From NCBI RefSeq assembly GCF_009914755.1, contig NC_060934.1: 64,000 nt of DNA. One strand, written 5' to 3'. The notes under the pieces are model-generated. The model saw only the letters and a list, made by a program, of their open reading frames with translations, had not been told where the DNA came from and made no database searches. Below are positions 15,385 through 29,010 of this stretch, piece after piece; position 1 is the stretch's first letter; every line of letters starts with the position of its first letter. The translations under genes were made by a program, and so were the position numbers. The DNA is from the human T2T-CHM13v2.0 reference genome, Homo sapiens.

Positions 15385-16245
15385 CATCACCACCATCACC
15401 ATCATCACCACATCACCATCATCACCATCACTACCACCACCATCATCACCACCAACACCACCATCTCACCATCATTTATCTCCATCGCCATCATCAACAC
15501 CATCATTATCACCATTATCATCATCATTAACATAATCATCATCATCACCATCACCATCATCATCACTACCATCATCACCATCATCACCATCACCATCATC
15601 ATCACTACCATCATCACCATCATCACCATCACCATTATCTCACCATCATTATCACCATCAGCATCATCATCACCATCATTATCACCATCATCATAATCAT
15701 CATCACAATCATCATCATCACCACCATCACCATCATCACCATCACCATTACCATCATCACCATCACCATCATCATCACTACCATCATCACCATCATCACC
15801 ATCACCATCATCATCACTACCATCATCACCATCATCACCATCACCATTATCTCACCATCATTATCACCATCAGCATCATCATCACCATCATTATCACCAT
15901 CATCATAATCATCATCACAATCATCATCATCACCACCATCACCATCATCACCATCACCATTACCATCATCACCATTATCACCACCATCACCATCATCTTA
16001 CCATCATTATCACCATCATCATCACCATCACCACCATCATTACCATTACCATCATCTCACCATCATTATCACCATCATCATCACACTGTCACCAACATCT
16101 CACTATCATTATCACCACCATCATCACCATTACCATCATCTCACCATCATTATCACCATCAACATCACCACCATCACCATCATCTCACCATCATTATCAC
16201 CATCAACAGCATCATCACCATCAAAATCGTCATTATCACCATGAC
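15385..16245 (+). repeat. (CAT/CAC)n tract, about 860 bp, with an internal 212-bp tandem duplication
   Basis: Seen directly. Marker accattatctcaccatcattatcaccatcagcatc occurs at 15631 and 15843. Confidence 0.95.
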
Positions 16246-16249
16246 CACA

Positions 16250-16470
16250 ATAATACCAGGGACATTTACTGAGCACTTAGAATGTACAAGGAACTATCCT
16301 AAACACTTCAAATGACTGTCTTGTTAAACTCTCATCACATCTTATGATGTAGTCCTGCCACTATCCCTACTTTAGATATAAGAAAACAAAGGTTTGGAGA
16401 AGTTTTATAACTTGCCCACAGCCACCAGCCATAAGGGCAGTGCTTGGATTCTAACACCAAACAAACAACT
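16250..16470 (-). mobile_element. MIR
   Basis: acatttactgagcactta...tttagatataagaaaacaaagg...aacttgcccacagccac. Confidence 0.7.
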
Positions 16471-18779
16471 CCAAAGGCTAGATATGCTCTTACCTGCTCT
16501 GACATCTCTCCCCTCAAGCCTGCTCCTTACCTTGATTGCTTTAGAAACGTTCCACTGGATACCCCCGGGCCCCAAATACAACCCTGCAGGGCCTCAGTCT
16601 CTGTATCTGAGAAATGGGAGCAGTGACAACAGCCTGGCTGTGGACAGAGTGACAGACCTAAGGGCAACCTGTGCCATAGAAGGGAGACAAATGCAGTCAT
16701 TTACTAACCTACTCCAAGCCAGGCACTTCCCCACACATTACGTCCTTTAAACTTTACCACAGCCTTGGGAGTAAGCAGGCACTAGCTTCTTTATTTTACC
16801 AGTAGACACAGGTTCAGAGAGTAAGCAGAGCTGAGTAACTCCCAAAACCCTGCTCTTTCTGCTGGCCCCAACTGTTCCCCGCTCCCTACCCTGAGGACAG
16901 GTACCACATGCTGAGCCAGGGACAAGGTCCCTCTGTCTGACCCTGTCGGAGAAGCAGGATCATTCCCTGCACATTCACTTAGAGCAATTAATGAGCCAGG
17001 GATGTGCTTGCTTTGCATTTCCAGGGGCTGACGGCCATCCTGGGCATGGCCCCTTATGCGTAGGAAGAAATACCCAACAGCTGGAAGAGGAATGAGCAGC
17101 CCTGGAGCTGGAATTCCTGCTCAGCCTCTCCCTGGCACTGGAGCTCCACTGGGTGCCTGGATAACTTATACAACTTCCCTTTACCTATCTTCCTTTGGAA
17201 GCTAAAAGTAGCCAGATTTGAAAGGACACTGCCCCTCATAGAAAGAAACAGTCATGATTTTTTAAATTGGTCACTGAATTAAATGTGCAAATAGTGTTCC
17301 CCATTTCACAGATAAATTTATTTTTTCCTCACCTTTTAACTGGCCTCTGAAGTCTCCCAGTATGCCTGGACCACAGCTGCTACCTCTGATGGGACTGACC
17401 CTGAGGGCCACCCCTGACGTGTGAGCACACATGAGGGAGGGGTGGAGACAAGGGGGGAGCCCAGTTGGAACTGTTGGGCCCCACTTTCTGCAGCTTAGTG
17501 CCCTGCCGTGCAGGCCTGGGCAGTGCTCAAGTCCAGAGTCCAGGGACACAGGACTTCAGAGCCATGGCAGCAGAACCAAGGGACCCAAGCATCATTGCAA
17601 AGGCTCTGAAAGGTGCCCAGCTTTGAGGATGAACCAGGCAACTGCTTGAGTTTTGAATCAAGTCATGTCATGATTTTGGTTCCGTGCAATGCCAGGCCTG
17701 ACTACTCCGCCCCAACACTGCCAGTGCCCCGGGGGATCTGGAATGAACGGTGGGGAGGATTGGAGTCTACTGGGTCACAGGAGGAGAAGGGGGACCTACT
17801 CAAGACCACCTTGTCCTAAAGGCAAAGCTACAATCCAAACCTAGGGAACAGAGGGCAGAGGGCCATAGCCTGGAACCTACCGGTGATGCTGAGAGTGGAG
17901 GGGAAGCAGTTGGGAGCAACAAAGAATGGGATGTGGTGTGGGATGTCCCATATCACTATCTCCCACAATGTCAGTGAGTCCTTTATGGTGGAGGTAGGGG
18001 CATCACACAGTTTCAAAGGCCAGTGTGGAAACAGGCAGACAAAGGTGGAACACATGCAAACTCTGCACCCACCCCCACACCCACACATGTCCACACACTG
18101 GCATCCCTGATTTGTTTACCTATTGGCACAAGGGCAAACAAATCGCAGCCCTGGGGAGGCGAGGCCCTGCACTGGGCTTGGTAGCAGCCCTGCCTGATTC
18201 TCATTAGGTGATGAGCGGAAGGTTTGTGTGGTTGGGGTTTGTTATTGCTGTTGCTTTTGCTGCTTCTCCGAATTCCCTGCTGAAAGAAAGAGGAAAGATG
18301 CACTGAAAAGGGGCACGTCCTCTCTCAGCCCTTCCACAAGGAGAGTCCTTGGAGCAGCAAGGCAGGCCCATGTGCACACACATTAATAATGTGCAAAGCT
18401 CTTTAGGCTGATTGCTTGCTCCTCACAGGAAGCTGCCACGGTGGCTGCCATGAGGCTGAGCTCACCCCTGCGAACTTGCTCTGTGAGGCACAAAGCAGGA
18501 GCCAGCGTGGCTTCCCACACCAAGGGCCCATGCAGGCGGCCTGAGTGCAGGGAGCCCAGAATGAGGCTGCCAGGCAGGGAGCTACCCATCCAGGCCTCGT
18601 GGCCCAGGCAAGCAGGGAAACAGAGGGAGCACCTCCCCAGGGTAGCCATTCTCAGCTCCCAGGCTCCCTGTCAGCTGACAACTATAGAGTACAATTCCCT
18701 TAGGATTTCTGTGTCCCTGAGCTGCTTCCCATGGAGTCAGAGAGTGGCAGAGACAACACCTTAACCCTGGTCCCTTTCC

Positions 18780-19378
18780 AGATCATGCTGCTCACCTGCT
18801 CACAAACCTCCAGTGACTTCCTATTCAACTGAAACCAAACCCAAAATCTGACAAAGGCCTGAAAGCCCCCAGTGCTTTGATCTTGGACACCTCCCCAATG
18901 TCACCTGCCACCACTCTCCCCCTGGCTCACCTGGCACCAGGTACATCCTCCTCCTCAGTGATGCTCCAATGTGCTGAGCTCATTCCAGCCTCAGGACCAC
19001 ATGACATTCCAGATGCCACAATCTCTCTGCAGCAGATCTTGTTTTGGGGGCTCCATCACATCCTTCCAGTCTCTCAATAAACGCCTACTTCTTGGCATCA
19101 TTGTCCCTAACCACTGCTCTACAGTGGTGCCCCCACGAAACCACTCTCTTCTTACCTTACTGTATTTTTCTTCATGGGGGTTGTCACTACCCACATGACT
19201 TTTGGTTTACTCATTTATTTGTTTAGTGTCTGACCACCACCTCCACTAAGATGTCAGCTCTTGAAGACAAGGACCTTGTTTGTCTCAGTCCCTTTATATT
19301 CTCAGGGTCTAGAACAGAGCCTAGTCCATATTCACTGCCCAATTAATATCGAATCCATTTCAAGACAGACAAATGAAA
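18780..19378 (+). mobile_element. L2 3' region
   Basis: cacaaacctccagtgacttcct...ctcttgaagacaaggaccttg...tagaacagagcct. Confidence 0.65.
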
Positions 19379-20160
19379 CCCAGAAAGGCAAGACAGTGCC
19401 CTATAGTCATACAGGGAACTGGACAGAGCCAGGGCGGGAGCTTATGGAAACCTTAGTCCCAGGCTCTGGAGAGCCCCTGGGTGTGATATGGGGAACTGGG
19501 CAGTTCCCTCCGGGCCTGGCTGATACAGCCAGTGACTTGCTGAGCATCTACTCTGCATAGCCCTTTCAGTGAACTTCAGGGAGCAATCATAAGATGAGGT
19601 TGGTCCCTCCCTGCAAGTGAGACATGGTTTTAGAAAAACATGAAAATTGAGGCCACAGCCCAATGCAGTAATGCCTGAGCACTGGCATGGACAGGCTCCC
19701 TGGACGTGCTGCACCCACAGCAAGGACTGGAGGAAGACAATCTGGCAGTCGAACATAAAAGCACCATGGCTTCCACGTGACTGCCAATGGGCAAGGCTTT
19801 GCCACTCAGGCCCTAAATAGGAAGCTACTTCTCATGCTAACGGTCAGGCAGGCCGAAACCCTCCCCACCTCAGCACAGAGAGTGAACCGGCAGAGTCAGT
19901 GTGCCCCAAATGCAGAAAGGAAAAAGCTATAAGACCCACGAACTGAAAGCTGCCAGTCCCAGGATAGTTAACAACCAGCAGCAGCCTTGTGGAGTACTGC
20001 TAGGTAGAGCAAACCAATACCAATGATCACCACCCATCTAAAGAGCTGGCCTTCACACAGGAAAGACCAAAAGTGCCTGTAATGGTTAAAGAGCTCAGTT
20101 CACATTTAGAGTAGAATTTGAGCAATGGTGGATAAAAAGAACATGAGCTTCTGGCAACTA

Positions 20161-20649
20161 CAGTTGACTCTTGAACAACACAGATTGGAACTGTGAGGCT
20201 CCACTTACCTGTGGATTTTTTTCAATCAATGTTTCACTGAATGTGACTGCCTCTCCTTCCTCCCCTTATCCCTCCTCCATCTCTCCCGCCTCGGCCACCC
20301 ATGAGACAGCAAGACCAACCCTTCCGCCTCTTCCTCAGCCTACTCAACATGAAGATAACAAGGACGAAGACCTCTATGATGAGCCGCTTCCACTTAATGA
20401 GTAGTAAATATATTTTCTCTTCCTATGATTTTCTTAATTCCATTTTCTCTACTTTACCGTAAGAATATAGTATATAATACCTATAACATACAAAATTTGT
20501 GTTGATCAAATGTTTATGTTATCGGTAAGGCTTCTGGCCAACAGTAAGCTTTAGGAGTTAAGTTTTGGGGGAGTCAAAAGTTATACACAGATTTTTGACT
20601 GCATGGGGGGTTGGTTCCCCTAATCTCCACATTGTTCAAGGGTCAACTG
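20161..20649 (+). mobile_element. Tigger2a (MER28)-like DNA transposon
   Basis: Terminal inverted repeats cagttgactcttgaacaa and ttgttcaagggtcaactg, TA at the left flank. Confidence 0.85.
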
Positions 20650-20762
20650 CATGAGGGAGACCCCTAAGGCAGGTCACACCCACCAACAAAAGTAAGAAGG
20701 ATGTTGGAATCACAGAAAACAGGGGTGGTACCTTGAGGAGCCAAGGAAAGAAACAGGAACTC

Positions 20763-21065
20763 GGCCGGGCGTGGTGGCTCACGCCTGTAATCCCAGCACT
20801 TTGGGAGGCCAAGGCGGGTGGATCATGAGGTCGGCAGTTCAAGATCAGCCTGGCCAAGATAGCGAAACCCCGTCTCTACTAAAAATACAAAAAATTAGCC
20901 AGGCGTGGTGGCACGCGCCTGTAATCCCAGCTACTCCAGAGGCTGAGGCAGAGAATTGCTTAAACCTGGAGGGGCAGAGGTTGCAGCGAGCTGAGATCGT
21001 GCCTCTGCACTCCAGCCTGGGCGACAGAGTGAGACTCCGTCTCAAAAACAAAAAAAAGAAAAAGA
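20763..21065 (+). mobile_element. AluS (Sg-like)
   Basis: Full dimer. TSD aaagaaa(c/t)aggaactc at 20747-20762 and 21066-21081. Confidence 0.93.
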
Positions 21066-21219
21066 AAAGAAATAGGAACTCCTAGGACCACTGTGCTAAG
21101 AATGACTGCCTATCCTCAGCAAGAAAGAACTGGGAAAGGAGAACAGGGCTCGCTTCACACTATTCTCATAGTTAATGAGCTTAAGTTGACAGTATATATG
21201 CAATAAATCAGACATTACC

Positions 21220-21545
21220 ACTTGGCAGCCTGCAAGCCTTATCAGCCCTGCCACAGGCAGAGTTGGCCAACAAAGAGTTCAGAATTTTTGTAATTAGCTA
21301 CAAACATTTAAAAACTAAGAGATTTCACAGGAAGTCCAAATTTCTGGCTCCTCTTGAGACACAAGAAATAGTGACCACACCAGGCCTTCTCAGGGGAATC
21401 TTGGCAGAGCCTGACAGTCCTCTTCAGAGAAGGATGTTTCCCCCAGGTGCCTGCAGCTGCAATACTCTCAGTTCTTACAGCCCACCTGCTGTCTGCCTTA
21501 ATATCCCTGCCTGGATGCCATAGGCATTTGGATTTATGACCTGGC
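21220..21545. mobile_element. MER102-like hAT relic
   Basis: catttaaaaactaagagatttcac...ctggctcctcttga resembles the recalled MER102 consensus. Confidence 0.45.
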
Positions 21546-24328
21546 TGTCACGCCAAAGGGTGGCTTTAGCCATTCTTCTCTGACCCTTTGATTGTCTTAA
21601 CAAGCTCCAAGTTACAGAATTATCCAAGAGTAGTTCATGTGGTAGCCTGGATGGGATGGTCCCATTTGATCATTATAGGGCAGAGAGAAGGGGCAGCTAT
21701 GCGGCCCCCTTCCCACCCTGCTTCGCTAGGCACAGGGCAGTCTCCAACTGAGTAGTCGCTGTTCTTCCTGAGTGTATGTTTTCTCTCTCTAGTGTAGTCT
21801 GGCGGTGCTTCAGGGGCAGAGACCATGTCTTTCTCCCCCAAAGCACCCAGTGTAAGAGGTCCAGGGATGGAGCCCATTCTATCTTAGTGGCGTACTGGCC
21901 ACCGACAGGCTGCTGAGAGATGCCTTCTCATCTGAAGAGTAACTCTGCAGGCAGAAAGCACCCGCGGCTGTCCCTCCTTCTATCAGCCCAGTAACTAGCA
22001 CTCCTGAGAAGCCACTAGTAGCTGCTCCTGCTCATGTGCTCCAATAACAGCCCAGATGGGAGGTGCCCTGTGAACTCTCACCCTGCTCCTGAAAAAGATC
22101 CGAAAGTGCCTAGCCAGCATCTGGAGCCCAGGCAGCACTTAGCCCTCCTCTTCTCCCCCTCTCTCTTGGACTCTAACATCCTCTCCAGCTGAGTGCTGGA
22201 CCACAAGCTGGTTCTCAACCCCAGCTGGGCTGGCTGGAGATCGTGAGCACTTTGTCACTTTTTCCTAGCCCCTCCTTACCACCCGAGGTGCACCCCACAT
22301 CTGGCTTTCCTCACTTGGCTCTGTGAGCTATGCTTCCTGACACAGAGTGAGTGGGAGCTATCCTTCTGCCAGGCTGGCCACAGCTCCCCATCTCTGAGCC
22401 ACTGATACCTCCCAATGTTTGACCCCAACAGCCCCAGATTGGTTCTACAATCTCAGCCAAACACCATCCACAGGCACAATAATGAAACTACGATTTGCAG
22501 AGCACCACCCCTGCACCAGGCCCTCTCAAGAGCATTCCCTCATTTAATTCCCATGGCAACCCTCTGGGAAGGTGTTAATACTCCAGCTTATGACCAGTAA
22601 ATAGCCTCAAAAAGATGGCACTGATAGAAGAGTTGGGCTCTGATTCTGTGTCCATTTGCTCCAAGGACAATGCCCCTTCCTCTGTGCCACCAGCAGCCCC
22701 AGCCCTGGAAAGAAAAGCATCATCGTGGCCCCAGCTGAGCATCTGAAAGCCTCAGGTTTCCTCTGTGAAGAGGAGAATGGGCAGAATGGGTGTGGGAGGA
22801 GAGGGACATCCTTGGGTGCTCTGCCCTGCCTTTTCTTATTTAAATCGAAGTGGTTCAAGTCCTGCATCTCCCTGGGGTAGGAAACCCTCCATCTGCCCTC
22901 CCTGTGCCCATGTACCCAGGGCTTCTTGGATGGGGTTGGGGGAATTCATGTGTGCTTTTCCTGTGATGATCTACCTCCCTCCAGTTCTTTTCTCCCCTAC
23001 CTTCACACTTGTCTCCTACAGCAGCTCCTTTCCCCCAGGCTCCATGACTCGAACTGTGGACCACAACCCTGTACATTGCTTTCCCCCTGACACTGCTCAC
23101 AGCATACTTTGGTGATAGTGCAGATATGTGAGTAACGCACTGGGGAGAGGGAGAGGCCATACCACGCCCTGCACAGCAGGCAACAGGGAGGTGAAGCATA
23201 CACACGCCTGGTAACGGCCCACCAACCTTGCCACTTCTCTCCTAGGTCCACCGACCTAGCAGCAGGTCACCAGCCCAATCCCTGATGTCAAGCACTAGCA
23301 CATCCCAAACTTCAGAATGTTGACCTTGCCCAGGGTCACAGAAGATTTTTTCACTTTTCTCAACGCCCTTCATGCCCATATCTTTACATTTTCTGAGACT
23401 CATCGATCTCCCCACTCACACATCAGTCACTGGGCATGTTCTGGGTACCCATACCCATGTCAAGCACTGTGAGAAAGGAAAAAGGAAAGCCTACACCCCA
23501 AAATACCCTGTACTTAGAGGAACGTTGTGAATCAAGTATTAACTCCATTGAGCAGATGAGGAACCAGAGCTCAGAAAGCCACATGGTGAGAAAGCGGGGC
23601 AAGAAAGGGGCTGGGTCTGCCTGGACTCTGCCCTTCCCTGCCCTGTAGACAGAAAGCCTATATAAACTGTCCTCAGACTCTCGGGTGCCTGGGAGGTTGT
23701 AGAAACTGCTCTTCTAGTTGACCATGGAGACACAGAGGCAGCCAATCCATCCCCTCAGGCTCTCTGCAGATGTGTTGGCCGAGAGAGGACTGGGGGTTGT
23801 CCCCATCTCCATATGAGCATTCAGAGGTGTCCAGTCCCCCTCCTCATGCTACCTGCTACTCCGTGGCAATGTTCACCTAGTCTGCTCTGTGTCACACTCC
23901 AGGAGAAAAATGGGCTCTCCCTTGATCTGTCAATGGCAACAAGCCTCCTCTCCCAACAGCACATAGTAGAAAAAAGCTGGGCTTTGAGTCAGGGTGTTCA
24001 GCATTCATAGCCCAGCTCTGTCATTTTTCATCTTTTAGACCATGAGCAAACCCCAAAATCCCCACAGGCTCAAAGCTCCATCCTAGCCCTTCTCTTCCAG
24101 CATTGTTGAGAAGATTCGGTGAGTTTCAGGGTCTGAATATGGTGAACTTGATAAATAAAGCCTGTCTTCATCCCTCCCTCTGCTCCACATCCCCCTCTTT
24201 ACCATGTTCACCCCAAAGTTGAACAATGTTGAAGCAAAGTAAGAGTGAGAAGGCACATGGCCCCAGGTCACCTGCAGAACTGCCACCATCTGCTTCCACC
24301 CAGGAAGCTCATCTGCACACTAGGGCCT

Positions 24329-24823
24329 ATGCTAGATGGACAACAAAATGGTCCCAACTCTCTGTCCTTCAAGGCAGCCACTCCCTTGGCAATGTGACTT
24401 TCCAGTTCCCCCCTCAAGAGCAGTCTTCCATCTAGAGGAGGAGTCTCTTTCCCCTGCCTGTTGAGCTGACTTCATGGCTTGCTCTGGACAAGAGATTGCA
24501 GTAGAAGTCACAATGCACCAGGTCTGAGCTCAGGCTTCAAGCAGCCCTGAGCACTCACACTTGGTCTCCTGGAACTCCGCTGCTGCCACATGAATAAGCC
24601 TGGGCTAGTGTGCTTGTCAAGGGGCAGGCTCATCACCCCAGCTTACAGCTGGCCAGTGCCATCCTCACCAGCCAGCCCAGATGCATGAGCCAGCCCAGCT
24701 GAGATCCAGTGAATCTAACCCAGGTCTGCTGACCACTAGGTTCATGAGTAACAACACATGCTTACTGTTGCATGACACTGAGTTTTAGGACGGTTTGTTA
24801 CACTGCACACAGCTAGCTGATGC
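24329..24823 (+). mobile_element. MLT1 (G/H-like) LTR
   Basis: 3' end ctgagttttaggacggtttgttacactgcacacagctagctgatgca. Confidence 0.7.
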
Positions 24824-24898
24824 AGAGCCCTTCTTCTCTCCAAGGGGACTGGCAGCTCAAGCACAGATGGCAGGTGACCAAGGCCAGATTCCTACCAG

Positions 24899-25633
24899 TG
24901 ATGTAGACAGGAGGCCAGGAAATACTGGGTAGAAGAGGGAAGTTCCCCAGCAAAGGCTCCACCCTCAAGCCTGGAAACTCACAGCCCTAAATGGGAACAG
25001 TCATTCCTGTTTTCACACACAAATGTTGCCTTTTGGCCTGCCATGCCTGTACCCATATAAACCCCAAATCCCAGGCTCCATAAGCAGAAGGGCAGAGGAA
25101 CAGAAGAGCGACACAGTAGAGAAGGAGAGGAGAGAAGGAGCATCTGAATGTCGAGAGGAGTTCGGTTGGAGACGGTCAGAGAGAAGATCAGCTGCAGGAT
25201 GGTAGAATTCCAGGGGAATATAGTCTTCCCACTCCAACCCCTTTCCAGCTCCCCATCCATCCTACTGAGAGCCACTTCCATCTGGCAATAAAATCCCCTG
25301 CATTTACCATCCTTTAACTTGTCTGTGTGACCTGATTCTTCCTGGTTGCCAGACAAGGATCTGAGTACCAAGAGGGCGCTGAGCTGGTTAACGCTTAAGC
25401 CATCTGCAGATGGCAGGAGCTAAAAGAGCACTGTAACATGCCCACTGGGGCTTTGGGAGTCACAGGCACCCACCCCTAGTGCTACCGTGGGGCCAGAGCC
25501 CAAAAGCGCTCACCCCAGTTCCTGCACCTGCCCGTCTGCGTGCCCCCCATCCCGTAAGGAGCAAGCAGCCAAACAAAGGAGCCACGTCCCTATCACACGT
25601 CCTGCGATTGGGTCAGAGAACTCTCTTATCTCA
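24899..25633 (+). mobile_element. Solo ERV1 LTR, LTR27/LTR28-like
   Basis: TG...CA termini, TSD ccag/ccgg (one CpG-type transition), TATAAA at 25056-25061, AATAAA at 25287-25292. Shares blocks with the LTR at 1541. Confidence 0.8.
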
Positions 25634-27084
25634 CCGGCACCAGGAGAGGGCTCTGTTTAGGGATGCCATGTGCAGAGAATGGCACCAGATGTGGACTACA
25701 TGGCACAGATAGCTTCTCTGAGATAAATTCATACCAATTTAGATAATCTCTCTCATTTCTGCCTCTCATGACCCGCCCCCTCCCCCTGCATCCCACCACG
25801 TCTTCTTACAGCTTCCCCGCTGAGCTCCCCAATCAGCTCTTCAGTCAACAAGCAGGCTGACTCACCTCAGGCTCAGAGGCGAGGCCCCCCCAAGGCTGAA
25901 CACCCTTGGGGATCCGGGAGCAGAAAGGGTAATTGAGCCATTTCGGCTGCTGCAGGCTGTTTCCCTTTGTAAATGCCTATTTCTCATGTCTGCTGCCTCC
26001 TTGGCCAAAGGGGCTACCTGCTAATAAGCCATAGATACTCTGCAGGGAGGAGCTGACACTCTGCTCCGCTATTTAATGACCCACAAAGGAAGGAAAGGCC
26101 ACCAGGTGTCTTCAGGCCCATGCTTCAGGTTCACAGTTCTCTTTGACCCCAGACAGGCCTCCCAGACAGTCTCTGTAAGGCTTTCAGCACCCCAGAGCAC
26201 CAAGAATGGGATGGCATGATTTGAGATGGAACTCAAAATAGAAACAACAGCCAACCAGAAAATAAACACCAGAAAGTCCAGCGGCACTCAGGCCTTTTTC
26301 CCTGATGATTGCTTAGATGCTCCTTTGAAATATCAAAAATCAAACATTAAATTCTTACAATGTTTTACTTGGGCACTCCTGCTTGGCTGGAGTGTTAAGA
26401 ATGTGTTTCATTTGCCCAGTGGGCAATCGAAGTTCTAGACAACGTTTGTGTGGGGACAGAAGTCGGTGCTCCTGGGGTCCCACCCTCCATCTGTTTACCA
26501 ACCATAATGCATGGCCCCTGAAAATGTGATTAAGAAAGATTAACAGGCCCCAGTTCCTGCCCTTAGCATTCCCAGATCACACAAGGAGGGAGATGCAATA
26601 GAGGGTCACAGCACAAGCAGTGGGTGCAGGGCTAGCTCTGGGATGAGGTGGCAATGGAGGTGTGTTCAGGAGGCAGCAGGCTCTGAGGGATGTGACAGTG
26701 CTGTCATGGAGAGGGGACAGTGGACTAGGATGCCAGAGGCCTGCAAGACCAGTGCTGGCTGACACCGGGACAGAGCTCACAGCAGCTTCCCCAGCACTCA
26801 GGGGCTTTGGAAAGATGAGCAGGATGGTGGGGACAGAGGAGGAAAGGGACAGAGCCATGTAGAGCCTCAAACACAGATCCTAACAGGACAGCTCTCTGTT
26901 CCCTTCCTGAACTCAGCCAGGCCCCGCGTTCTGGCTGCCTCTTGAAGCCGCTGAGTTCCAAGCCCATCTGAACAAAATCTAGAAACATTTCTTTCTTGTG
27001 ACCTTATTTCTAAGAATTTCTAAGAGAAAATGTAAATTTCTCAGACTGGAAGCACTTTTGCTAAAGTGCTAAGGCTTTAAAATC

Positions 27085-27410
27085 TGTAAACAGTGGGATA
27101 TAATTAAATGCAAATGCAGGGCCATATTCAAAAATTAATCTCCTATAATTAATTAGTAATTTAAAATATTCTGGTAAATGATACTTAAATGGCACAGAAT
27201 TATCCTAGCTCTGAGTGATAAAGTCGTCTGCTAAAGATTTACCTTGTTAGAGTGAGAAATATTTGCATATATCATGTGGGACAACAGAACGTTGAGATTG
27301 CTAATTTACCTTTGCTATAAATGTATTAAAAAGCACAGTCTTTATATTCAAATTGCGGGAGCTTCACTCACTGCAGCAAACTCTGAGAAGCAATTGATTT
27401 GAAGACAGGA
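27085..27410. promoter_or_regulatory. Candidate intronic enhancer (octamer plus homeodomain motifs)
   Basis: ATGCAAAT at 27108-27115, ATTTGCAT at 27261-27268, and several TAATTA in an AT-rich island that resembles no repeat I recognise. Motif evidence only. Confidence 0.4.
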
Positions 27411-27774
27411 CTAAACCCAGGCTGGGCTTCTATGAAGGATCAAATTGACCTCCAGGCACACTCCATGCCTGGGAAGCCAATCTGGGAGAGGTGTTGGGAG
27501 TGGCCCCTTCCACCTTTTTCCTTAACCTAACTCCATCCAGCCTGGATGAAAAGTGACATCTTGTACCAGAGCAACGGAAAGCTGTCCAACTAACCAGCTT
27601 TTCTCTCTGCTGTTCTTTCTCCTGTTCTTCCCTCTACAGAAAGAGATCACTGGTATCTAACTGCAGAGGTCAATGCCATCTGCTGCAACTGTCACTGGGT
27701 AGCTGCCATTTCTTTTCCAAAGACAGAATACCTCTCCCAGACTGTTCTGCCACCAGCAATGCTCTCCTCCTGGT

Positions 27775-27960
27775 GGATGTGTATGCATATTGATGTGTGG
27801 ATCTGCACAGGTGCATGTGTTTGTGTGTGTGTCAGTGCCTGTTGGGCTGTGCCAGTCTGAGGGTCTGGTTGTACCAGTGTATGTGGCTGCTGGTTGTATC
27901 ATTGCATCAAGCTGTGTCCATGTGTGCATGTGTGTGTGTGTGTGCACAAATGCATGCCTG
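27775..27960 (+). repeat. TG-rich low-complexity stretch
   Basis: Seen directly. Confidence 0.7.
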
Positions 27961-28929
27961 GTCTCCCACACCTTTCTCCACTGCTGCTTACCACCACCAC
28001 ACACGCTGATCTCTCTGCACCCCACACTCCACTGCCATGTGCCACAGCTGGGCCCAGGAACGTCCCACCTGCAGGAGCAGCCCTGGCCTCATTTGCTGAG
28101 CCACCCAGGCCTAAGGCAGCACTCTTAGGCAAATGTAAGCCTTCCCACTAGCCAAAGTTTTCAGACCAAAGCCCTTGCTGATGTGCTGGCCTAGGAGTTG
28201 TTTACCAGCCAAACAGGCAACCAAAGTACACACACACAAAAACAGCTGACCCCATTTCTATTGGAAGTAAGAAATATTAAATTCCCATTCATTTAGTCCT
28301 TCAACACTACTGTAGACAAGGTCCCATGCTGCTCTCAGGAAATAAAATGGTGAACATCACACAGTCCCTGGCCTACAGGCAGCACGTTCTAGTTACAGGG
28401 ACAGATTATCCAACATCTGCAGGACATACAGAAACGGATGGTGCCTGGACATCAGGGCTGGGCAGGCTGCCCCGCCTCCTTGTGAACTGGAAAGAAGGAG
28501 CAGCAACTCTTCTCCATAAAGAAAACAAACAGTTTAAAATCATTTAATTTTTCCACTCTTTCCAGTGGAACAAAAGACTAGAAGGGAGAGGAGGAAATAC
28601 AGAGGAAACAAAAGGAAAGAGGGAGGCCTATGTACGGTAGAGACAGTGGCATAGAACCAATAAATAAGAGGTGAAAGGACAAAGCCCTGGAGTCCTCAAA
28701 ATGCCCATGGACACTGAGAGAGGCCTTAGTGGATGACAGCCCTGGGGCACAGCTGCTCTGCCAGCCACTGGAATGCCCACCAGTGGCATGGTGTGTGGCC
28801 ACGACTTTCCATATCATAGCCAGTCTTGGAGAGGAGGAGGCACTGCCTCTGAATTCCATGCCCCTCAGCATTTGATAGGGTTCCTCATCCATAGGAGGCT
28901 CCCAATTGGTACTTGCTGGGTGAGTAAGT

Positions 28930-29010
28930 GATTGGATGATGGATGAGTAGATGGACAGATGAATGGATGAACGGAGAGAGAGGTGGATGACAGATGAATA
29001 GATGAACAGA
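28930..29010 (+). repeat. Degenerate (GGAT/AGAT)n
   Basis: Seen directly. Confidence 0.7.
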
